From a virus (lineage: Duplodnaviria; Caudoviricetes), in the IMG/VR virus record IMGVR_UViG_3300009031_000221, positions 472,054 through 536,053 of that record: a DNA stretch of 64,000 nt. One strand, given 5' to 3'. The notes under the pieces are model-generated. The model was not told the origin of the DNA. It saw nothing but the letters and a program-made list of their open reading frames with translations, and ran no database searches. This document shows positions 9,656-16,963 of the stretch, piece by piece. The stretch's first letter is position 1; every line of letters begins with the position of its first letter. The translations under genes were made by a program, and so were the position numbers.

Positions 9656-9838
9656 TGCTGCGTATCCCTTTGCCCCCGAGTCCCGCCTGTGGCGTGGATG
9701 GTAGTGGGGGCGTTTGATTGTTTGTTCAGACACTAGAATCTAGCTGAACAAACAACCGGGGGGGCCGCGGCAATGATGTACTTACGTGTGGGGCAAACGA
9801 GTCATGGTTTTCATCTCCAATGGCACAATAAGCAATTC

Positions 9839-10141
9839 TCAGTGCCCTGTCAAGTGCCTTACAGGCAATTCGTACAGGACGAACATCGTGGTCACAACAC
9901 TACCCGATAGAATGACTCTGTATTCAAGGTTACCCGGCTTTTCATGAACCCACCATACAGTAGGGACTCCCGTCATGATTCCAAGTCCCGCCATTACCCA
10001 TCGAACAACTTCCGGCATCGGTCCAATCAATCGAAGGACTTCCGGCATCGACCCAATCAAGATATTGAAGCAACCTATGATGATGCATGCGGCACACATC
10101 TTGGCTACGTCATTCTTGACTTGGGCCGATACCGTCGTCAT
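9839..10141 (-). CDS. small multi-TM membrane protein
   Basis: three hydrophobic segments; 5 nt downstream of pspA-like gene. Confidence 0.65.
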   Translation of the reverse strand: MTTVSAQVKNDVAKMCAACIIIGCFNILIGSMPEVLRLIGPMPEVVRWVMAGLGIMTGVPTVWWVHEKPGNLEYRVILSGSVVTTMFVLYELPVRHLTGH

Positions 10142-10146
10142 TTCGA

Positions 10147-10926
10147 TTACGCCTGCACGCTGGTGGTGTTCGGCGTCAGCAGGGCGCTGAGGTCAGCGTT
10201 GCTCGCAGCCGGTGCCGCCAAGGCGGGGGTTGCGGGCTGAACGATGTGGGCTTCCACGGGCAAACCCAGCATCTCCGCCAGGGTCGCCTGCTCGAGAGCC
10301 TTCTGCTCTGCCTCGGTCGTCAGGAACGTAGACGAAGCAAGGGCATCCGTCGCGACGCGGGTGATGCCTTCCGCATTCGCCGCACGCTCGTCAAGCGAAG
10401 CCTCGATCTTGCTGAGGCCACTGCCGGAGGTGTCGAACACCTGAACCGAAATCATCTTGGCGAGATCCGCCTGCGACTCCAGCATCTCGGCCTTGGAGAT
10501 CTTGCCCTTCACACGCTCGATGCGCTCGCGGGCTTCCTTGACGAAGACATCACGCTGGCGGGTCTGGAGCTTGTAGGCCTCCTCCGAATGATCCCACTGC
10601 GACTGGTTCTCCGTAATCTCCGACTGCAGACGCTTGACCGTCATGGCGTACTGGCCCGCACGATCCGTCAGGCCGGCAGCATTCGCCGAAAGCATTGCCG
10701 CCTTCGCCTTGGCAAGCTCCGCCGTGGCGGTCGCGATCTGCATCTTCAGGCGGTTGCTCAACCCCTGGGACTTGCCGAGGGACTGGTTGTAGTTCGCCAC
10801 CGCCAAGTTGTACTTGTCAACCTCGTTGGCCAACATCGCCTTGGGATTGGCGTCCTCCGAATTGCTCACGAACAAGCTGAAGAAGCCCCTGAAGAGGTTC
10901 CCGATACGCCGAAACAAATTGAACAT
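10147..10926 (-). CDS. pspA: PspA/IM30 (ESCRT-III-like) family protein
   Basis: MFNLFRRIGNLFRG amphipathic helix 0, E-D-A-N-P-K-A-M-L, long coiled coil; very high GC3. Confidence 0.8.
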   Translation of the reverse strand: MFNLFRRIGNLFRGFFSLFVSNSEDANPKAMLANEVDKYNLAVANYNQSLGKSQGLSNRLKMQIATATAELAKAKAAMLSANAAGLTDRAGQYAMTVKRLQSEITENQSQWDHSEEAYKLQTRQRDVFVKEARERIERVKGKISKAEMLESQADLAKMISVQVFDTSGSGLSKIEASLDERAANAEGITRVATDALASSTFLTTEAEQKALEQATLAEMLGLPVEAHIVQPATPALAAPAASNADLSALLTPNTTSVQA

Positions 10927-10975
10927 GAATGTATTCCTCGCTATTTGTGGGGCGTTGGTTAGCCCTGGTTTCGTA

Positions 10976-11004
10976 ATCTACGCACTATGATCTAGAAGTA
11001 AGTC
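10976..11004 (-). promoter_or_regulatory. conserved phage promoter motif copy
   Basis: GACTTACTTCT-N10-GCGTAGAT. Confidence 0.75.
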
Positions 11005-11020
11005 TACTGGAGTTGGAAAA

Positions 11021-11413
11021 TTAGGATTTCGGGGTGGCACCACATGGAATGACATGGACCATCTTGCATTGGATAACCGAAGGCTCCCAAAGCCGATGGT
11101 CAATCCGGCAATCGAAATCGGCACATGTCCCCTTGTTCAGGATGGCACACCGGGTAGACAAACATTCGATCGCCAAGCTGCCGTCCCCGCCACCCACGTT
11201 CGTTACTTCATCCGAAGCCGTGTAGGGGCTCAACAGGATGGCAAACTTCTGCCCGCTTGCCATCGGTACACCGGAATACCGGGAACCCTCCGTGACCACC
11301 ATGCCATTGACGGCACGGACGTACATGGGATCCTTCCATTTGATGAGCCCGTAAACAAGGAGGAGAAGAACAGCAACAACCGCAGCAATGATAAGTTTCG
11401 TTTTCATATTCAT
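11021..11413 (-). CDS. membrane-anchored Cys-rich protein
   Basis: N-terminal TM, several Cys in C-terminal half. Confidence 0.65.
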   Translation of the reverse strand: MNMKTKLIIAAVVAVLLLLVYGLIKWKDPMYVRAVNGMVVTEGSRYSGVPMASGQKFAILLSPYTASDEVTNVGGGDGSLAIECLSTRCAILNKGTCADFDCRIDHRLWEPSVIQCKMVHVIPCGATPKS

Positions 11414-11422
11414 CCTTTAGGG

Positions 11423-11508
11423 CGCCTCTAGTAGGATTCGAACCCACGTTGTATCTTACGACAAGCCGGGTTAAAGTCGGCTCCCATCGTCCACTCGGGC
11501 ATAGAGGC
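11423..11508 (-). tRNA. type II tRNA with UUA anticodon (ochre-suppressor-like)
   Basis: GCCTCTA/TAGAGGC acceptor stem, D arm CCC..GGG, anticodon loop CT-TTA-AC, long variable arm, GTGGG-TTCGAAT-CCTAC T arm, G73; CCA not encoded. Confidence 0.85.
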
Positions 11509-11515
11509 GACGCTT

Positions 11516-11779
11516 CTAATTGATCCCTGACACACTCTCAATGGATTCCTGACGAATCATGGCATTCGCAGGATTCTCATCCTCAAGCACCCGCAGTCTC
11601 GAGTACAACTCGAGGGTGAGTTCCTGAGGCATTTCACAGATGGAATCCAGCTTCGCTGCCATCTTGACGATGGACAACAGGCACAACTTATTTGAAACAC
11701 CGGACATAGATGCGGATGCGATTACCTCGCATAGACGCCCTTCTAGTTCCTGCAACTGCAATGCTTCCGGACTCGCCAT
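11516..11779 (-). CDS. hypothetical protein
   Basis: AGGAG RBS, downstream of promoter 11803. Confidence 0.6.
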   Translation of the reverse strand: MASPEALQLQELEGRLCEVIASASMSGVSNKLCLLSIVKMAAKLDSICEMPQELTLELYSRLRVLEDENPANAMIRQESIESVSGIN

Positions 11780-11802
11780 GTGAATTCTCCTGTTGACGAC
11801 CT

Positions 11803-11831
11803 ATCTACGCATACTAGATCGAAAGTAAGTC
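11803..11831 (-). promoter_or_regulatory. conserved phage promoter motif copy (divergent pair, left)
   Basis: GACTTACTTTC-N10-GCGTAGAT. Confidence 0.8.
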
Positions 11832-11843
11832 TCCATCAAGCCG

Positions 11844-11872
11844 GACTTACTTTCAGGCCTAACTGCGTAGAT
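11844..11872 (+). promoter_or_regulatory. conserved phage promoter motif copy (divergent pair, right)
   Basis: GACTTACTTTC-N10-GCGTAGAT. Confidence 0.8.
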
Positions 11873-11911
11873 GTGGCGCATACCCGTGCATCAACGGGAA
11901 CAAGGAGCCCT

Positions 11912-14623
11912 ATGTATCGTTTGATTCTCGCAGCTTTCCTACTGATCATGGCACCCGGGACGACATTCGCCCTGGGCATGACCGTTGGCGGATCCCCGGA
12001 AGATCGATTCTTGGCGGGTCCAGTCCAGGCGCCCAAGCGTGTGGATGGCCAGTTTGTCTATACGGTGCCGGCGGACTTCAATCCCCCGGGCATCCACCAG
12101 AACGGGCTGCAGGAAATCCAGGCGGCGGCAAAGGCACTCCACTTCCCCTTCTACGTCGTGATCGTCGATAGCATTCCCGATCTCACCGATGTTCAAGTAG
12201 CGGAAGCCCGGCACCGGGAATACACGGAAAACGGAATCGAACTGCAGATGGCATACGCGGTTGACAAGATCGTTGAGGAATGGGCAAGCTACGGGAGCTA
12301 CGATGCTAGCCGTACCTCCGCATTCCTGTTGTCCTACCATCCCCGCCAGTACCGCATGTTGGCTGGCGCCAAGTGGAAGCTGGACTTGGGAATCCGAAGG
12401 GACAAGCTTGATCCCTACCTGAACCTATTCAAGCGCTCCGCAATGGGTTCATCCAAAGATCCCAAGGCGGGCATCATCAATCTCATGGGCACCTTCGATG
12501 AGTTCGTGTTCGATCAAACCGACCCAGGTCGAATCAAAGCCCGTGCCGAAGCCGCTGCGAAGGCCTTGGAAGCGGAACGCGCCCAAGCAATCGCCATCGC
12601 ACTGGCTACGGCAAAGGGACGCCTAGGCAACCTCCAGCTCCAGTCCAAGGAACTCCTGAAGGGCGATAAATCCCACCTTCCCGATACCAAGGCACTTGAA
12701 GCGGCGCTTCGCCATGTAGACACTCTATCAGATGCCGATTACCAAAGGGCTGGCCCAGTGAATGCCGAAGCGGATTCCCTGTTGGCGGCATACACCCCTG
12801 TCAAGGTATATTATGATGCCAAGGAACAAAAAGCCCTCGTGGATGCCTTCTGGTACTACTTCTCATGGTTCATGTTCTTGTGTGGCATTTGTTTCCTCAT
12901 CGGAATGTACCTGATGCGTCGTTCCCGCTACTTGAGCCTCATCCAGGAGTTCGCACAGGATTACAAGGATTGGGATGACAAGGTCAAGGCAGCTGCGGGG
13001 CGCTACGTTGACGCCTACTCGAATCGGGACAACATCATCGGATTGCATGACACGGAAGGAAAAACCAAGACCCTGTGGGATGCCCTGTCCTTTGAGATCG
13101 ATGACATCTGGGTCGGCGTCAAGGCCATCGAGAGCCACATTGCAGAGTGCAAGACATTGGCAGCAAAGGCCAACGTGTTCTACATCACCCCACTCCTTGA
13201 CGCCATCAGCAACCTGGATCGTGCCTTCACCTTCGATACCGGTCAGGTCAACGTGGATGAACTGTTCGGGCGGGACACGAAAACCATTCGTGTTGTCCCG
13301 AGTTCCTTCGCCCAGACATTGCAGCAGCGATTCAAGAACAACCAGGAATCCTGGGACCGAATCAAGCGGGCTGCGGATATTCGTATGCCTGACCAGTGTG
13401 CATCCAATTTGTTCCCGCATCTACCCCTGACCAATCTCATGAGGGCGGCGGCAAAGTTGGGCATCCCGGATGCATGGTACAACGACCACCCGCTCGCCGG
13501 GGATGACGCTTCGGATGCCGCGGTGTGGGAAGCGGCGGATAGCCTTCGTGTGAAGGATCCGATTGCCTACCTGGATGCAATTGAGGCACTGAAGGCTCAG
13601 GAACGCAAGGTTATTGCCCGCCACGATCGCTTGGTCAATGCGCTGAGCCTGATCAAGCCAGTGAAGGTGGATAGCCTTCCCGCGTTCGAGTCCGCCTTCG
13701 ACGCATCGGATGACCCCGCCATCACCCTGTCCAATGCCCGTGATACGGAACATCGGCTTGCCGGCCTCCTGGAATCCAAAGCGGAAACCAAGGCTGTGGA
13801 TGCTATTGATGCATACGTCGCGGATATCGTGGCGCTCTACACGAAGGTCAAGGCACAAGTCGGCACCATCACAGCGGCCGTCAAGGATGCCAATGATGCT
13901 GTCAGGGCTGCAGATGCAGCATACCCCAAGAAGTTGGGTGTGGATGCCGCCATCTGCGTCAAATCCGCAGCCCGGATTCACCTCAACATCGAGGTTGCCA
14001 ATACGAACCTCAAGTCGGGGGATGATCTCACCGCTCAAGGTCGCATCGCATTCCTCAGGGCCAACGAAGCCCTGAAGTCGGGACGGCACTTGGAAGCCCT
14101 GCGGAAGGCATCATCTGCATCTACGTTGTACGCCAACGCCCGCAAGGCCTATGAGAAGGCAGTTAGCTACTGCGGTGAATTGGATCGCTCCAGGGCGGCA
14201 TTTGAGGCCAAGGTTGGCAAGATGGCATCCATCCGCGAAGAACACATGCGGCGTGTCAAGCAGTACCATGGGGCGCCCATCCGCCTCAAGTCCTACTCGG
14301 CACCCTCTGTGTCCAACGTGATGGACTATAGCATCGCCCTGAGCGCCCTCAGTGCCCAGGAATCGGCGTGGGAACGTGAATCCCGCCAAGTCCAGTCCGC
14401 CTATGAGGCAGAGCAAGCTCGGCAACGTGCTGAACGGGATGAGCAGGATCGCCGTGAACGTCAAGCCATTGCTGCGGCGGCAGAAGCGGCCGCTTCCGCC
14501 CGCCGTGCCGCATCCTACAGCAGCTACAGCAGCGGTTACACCAGCTACAGCAGTGGGGGATCGGATTCCGGGGGCGGAAGCTGTGGCGGTGGGGGATCGG
14601 ATTCCGGTGGTGGCGGCTGGTAG
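11912..14623 (+). CDS. large membrane protein, TPM-domain-like with coiled coil and Gly/Ser tail
   Basis: AAGGAG RBS, signal peptide MYRLILAAFLL, internal TM (YYFSWFMFLCGICFLIGMYLM), SGGSDSGGGSCGGGGSDSGGGGW tail. Confidence 0.7.
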   Translation: MYRLILAAFLLIMAPGTTFALGMTVGGSPEDRFLAGPVQAPKRVDGQFVYTVPADFNPPGIHQNGLQEIQAAAKALHFPFYVVIVDSIPDLTDVQVAEARHREYTENGIELQMAYAVDKIVEEWASYGSYDASRTSAFLLSYHPRQYRMLAGAKWKLDLGIRRDKLDPYLNLFKRSAMGSSKDPKAGIINLMGTFDEFVFDQTDPGRIKARAEAAAKALEAERAQAIAIALATAKGRLGNLQLQSKELLKGDKSHLPDTKALEAALRHVDTLSDADYQRAGPVNAEADSLLAAYTPVKVYYDAKEQKALVDAFWYYFSWFMFLCGICFLIGMYLMRRSRYLSLIQEFAQDYKDWDDKVKAAAGRYVDAYSNRDNIIGLHDTEGKTKTLWDALSFEIDDIWVGVKAIESHIAECKTLAAKANVFYITPLLDAISNLDRAFTFDTGQVNVDELFGRDTKTIRVVPSSFAQTLQQRFKNNQESWDRIKRAADIRMPDQCASNLFPHLPLTNLMRAAAKLGIPDAWYNDHPLAGDDASDAAVWEAADSLRVKDPIAYLDAIEALKAQERKVIARHDRLVNALSLIKPVKVDSLPAFESAFDASDDPAITLSNARDTEHRLAGLLESKAETKAVDAIDAYVADIVALYTKVKAQVGTITAAVKDANDAVRAADAAYPKKLGVDAAICVKSAARIHLNIEVANTNLKSGDDLTAQGRIAFLRANEALKSGRHLEALRKASSASTLYANARKAYEKAVSYCGELDRSRAAFEAKVGKMASIREEHMRRVKQYHGAPIRLKSYSAPSVSNVMDYSIALSALSAQESAWERESRQVQSAYEAEQARQRAERDEQDRRERQAIAAAAEAAASARRAASYSSYSSGYTSYSSGGSDSGGGSCGGGGSDSGGGGW

Positions 14624-14805
14624 TCACACAAAGCCGTAGGGATTAGGGCGAGAGTTCTAAGGCCCAAGAGCGTGTCTACCGGACTCCTTGACTATCCGGT
14701 ATGACGTGCGAATTCTTGTCAATCCTTAGACCGATTGTGAATTTGACGAGCGGAAGTATTGCAGATTTGTGACTTCACAAGGATTCCGCTACGGCTTTGC
14801 GTGAC
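14623..14805. ncRNA. candidate structured RNA or IR-bounded element
   Basis: 17-bp terminal inverted repeat (1 mismatch) enclosing internal hairpins, between convergent genes. Confidence 0.35.
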
Positions 14806-14823
14806 ACACTATCATACCCGCAT

Positions 14824-15297
14824 TCACGGAATATCGAATCGGACATTCTCACCGTCCCACCACCCAACACGTCCTCGAACTGTGGGCATCCCTGATCGGG
14901 CTTCTGCACTCCGCACTAGGAACTTGGCATAAGCAGGGGGAACCCCTGCCGCAGTGGATATGGTGATATGTGGAATTCGCCCTCGGGGTGCTAAAATGCT
15001 AGGCGGGTCTACTACCACGGCCTGCCCTTTAGCATCCTCCGCATAGCCTACAATCTTCAACGCTATGAACTTCCCTAATGGAAGTTCCTCAAGGCGGGGA
15101 TCCCCACCGTCATGGTGCGTCCATATAGTCATATGATGGGCAAACAGTTCTGAATGAACCTGTCCAAACCGATCGACTAATCGACGTTGATCCATGGGAG
15201 ACAGAAACACTGCCGTATAAAGGGGAGTGCCTATGAATTCGGCAACAACATGCCGTATCCACCGGGATGCCACACGATGTTTAGGGCTTTGTTGCAT
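14824..15297 (-). CDS. 2H phosphoesterase
   Basis: two HxT motifs (HMT, HIT); N-terminal HRVASRW. Confidence 0.75.
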   Translation of the reverse strand: MQQSPKHRVASRWIRHVVAEFIGTPLYTAVFLSPMDQRRLVDRFGQVHSELFAHHMTIWTHHDGGDPRLEELPLGKFIALKIVGYAEDAKGQAVVVDPPSILAPRGRIPHITISTAAGVPPAYAKFLVRSAEARSGMPTVRGRVGWWDGENVRFDIP

Positions 15298-15745
15298 GCG
15301 ATGCAGAATTAGGGCTAGCCAATGCAGATGATCCAGCAGCCACGCTCTTCAGCTTTTCTGTTAGAACCGTTCCCATGATACTGCCTCCAACACCAAGTGC
15401 CGCTACAGCAACGGCAGCAATAATCTTGTGCCGAGTGGTCTTGAACCATTCATGCACAGCCAATTGCTGTTGGATGCGTGGCAACTCCGTCATCAATATG
15501 GAGTCTACCTTGGTATCCAAATGGTCAACTCGGGTTCCAAGTTGACGCATCTCAGACACATGTGCAGGACATTGTGCATTCAGCACGTTCCAATGTTCTC
15601 GAATATCGGAAAGGCTAGTCGTGAGGTCATCCACGTTAGCCTTTACCTCCGCCACATCAGCTTTGATGGACTTCAGTTCCCCAATATCACCCTTGATTTC
15701 CATCAAGGTATCCACAACCCATTTATCTTCGGCAGTCAATGGCAT
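15281..15745 (-). CDS. coiled-coil protein with C-terminal TM helix
   Basis: heptads then IIAAVAVAALGVGGSIMGTVL. Confidence 0.65.
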   Translation of the reverse strand: MPLTAEDKWVVDTLMEIKGDIGELKSIKADVAEVKANVDDLTTSLSDIREHWNVLNAQCPAHVSEMRQLGTRVDHLDTKVDSILMTELPRIQQQLAVHEWFKTTRHKIIAAVAVAALGVGGSIMGTVLTEKLKSVAAGSSALASPNSASHATKP

Positions 15746-15758
15746 CTTTCCCTCACAA

Positions 15759-16829
15759 TTAATCGTTACATAGGGACAGTTGCTTGGTGATGTAAGTCTT
15801 TGCCGTAGCCAACTCTTTGGCTAGGTTTCTTCCATCTACGTCAGGCAAGAACCTTGGGCTCCCGCTCAACCTTCGCAATGATTTCCCAAAGAATCCAAGG
15901 ATCTTTTGTGCCATAGTTGAATCCACAAGGGCGACTGTATCCAGAAGCCTCACTGCTTGATTCAACTCCGATTCAATGACTGCCGATTTGCCTGTTCCTG
16001 CAATTTCCAATAGGGCTTGGCTAATTGCATCATGTACCATTCGCAGCGCTGGAATGCATCGTGTTACAGACTGTGAACCCCATCCAAAGCCCGTACTCCT
16101 AGTCAGGCCTACTGGGTATTCACCCATCGGAAGCTTGTGTCCATCCGGTGTCACATGCTTCGGTCCAAACGCATCTACATAACCATGTGCTATTCGTTTG
16201 GCATAGTGAGTTTGCAACTCACGCCTTGCCGCGGCCTCTGTCGGAAATAAACCACGGGGATCTTCATCGAACTGGGTTCCATCGATGCGTCCCGTCTGCC
16301 CCGAGTCTGTCAAAGCACCCCAACGGCGGATGACCCGGTATCCACCATCAGCAGGGATAACCAATCCCTCATAGAATTTCGAGTTGTTATTTTTCGGATT
16401 GACCTGATAGACCATGAATGCGTTATCGTCATTCACGGCAGCCTTGGTCAATCCCTGAGCCAACAGAATCGGCTTGTGTGCCACGCGATGCAGGATTGCC
16501 ATCTTCTCGAAGTTCGTTAGTGACGCCCAACGGGTACTGGCACGAGGAAAACATAGGGAAGCAACTCGCATCTCCTCCCATGCAATCTTCTGATCCGCGG
16601 CATAAACAACCATTGCACGCTTGGCAACCTTCGCAGCCAGAGCCGTTTCTCCACGTTGATACTTCTGGGACAATTCCGACCATGTACGCTGGTTGAAATC
16701 CTGAAGGTAAGGGCTATCTGGATCAACCATAGCCGGGGCTTTTACCTTGCCGATATCTTTGGGATCCATGTTATTCTGTGCCATTGATATCATCCCCGTG
16801 AATTCGTGTTCGTATGATCCTTCATACAC
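15759..16829 (-). CDS. WGR-domain protein
   Basis: NPKNNNSKFYEGLV...YRVIRRWGALTDSGQ...ARRELQTHYAKRIAHGY. Confidence 0.7.
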   Translation of the reverse strand: MYEGSYEHEFTGMISMAQNNMDPKDIGKVKAPAMVDPDSPYLQDFNQRTWSELSQKYQRGETALAAKVAKRAMVVYAADQKIAWEEMRVASLCFPRASTRWASLTNFEKMAILHRVAHKPILLAQGLTKAAVNDDNAFMVYQVNPKNNNSKFYEGLVIPADGGYRVIRRWGALTDSGQTGRIDGTQFDEDPRGLFPTEAAARRELQTHYAKRIAHGYVDAFGPKHVTPDGHKLPMGEYPVGLTRSTGFGWGSQSVTRCIPALRMVHDAISQALLEIAGTGKSAVIESELNQAVRLLDTVALVDSTMAQKILGFFGKSLRRLSGSPRFLPDVDGRNLAKELATAKTYITKQLSLCND

Positions 16830-16963
16830 CTACAGTGACTTATTGAATGCCTACCGAGCCCCCGACGATCTAAATGTGATCACGGAGCCTATTTCATCCC
16901 TAGATAGGTTGAGTTCTGCTTCGTTAAGGGTAGAAACATAAGGGCATAAGGAGGCCCATACGA

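Noticed and set aside
11423-11508. Reading the tRNA as ordinary tRNA-Leu(TAA)
   Set aside because: Shifting the register to TAA destroys the anticodon stem; G73 and the D-arm are not Leu-like
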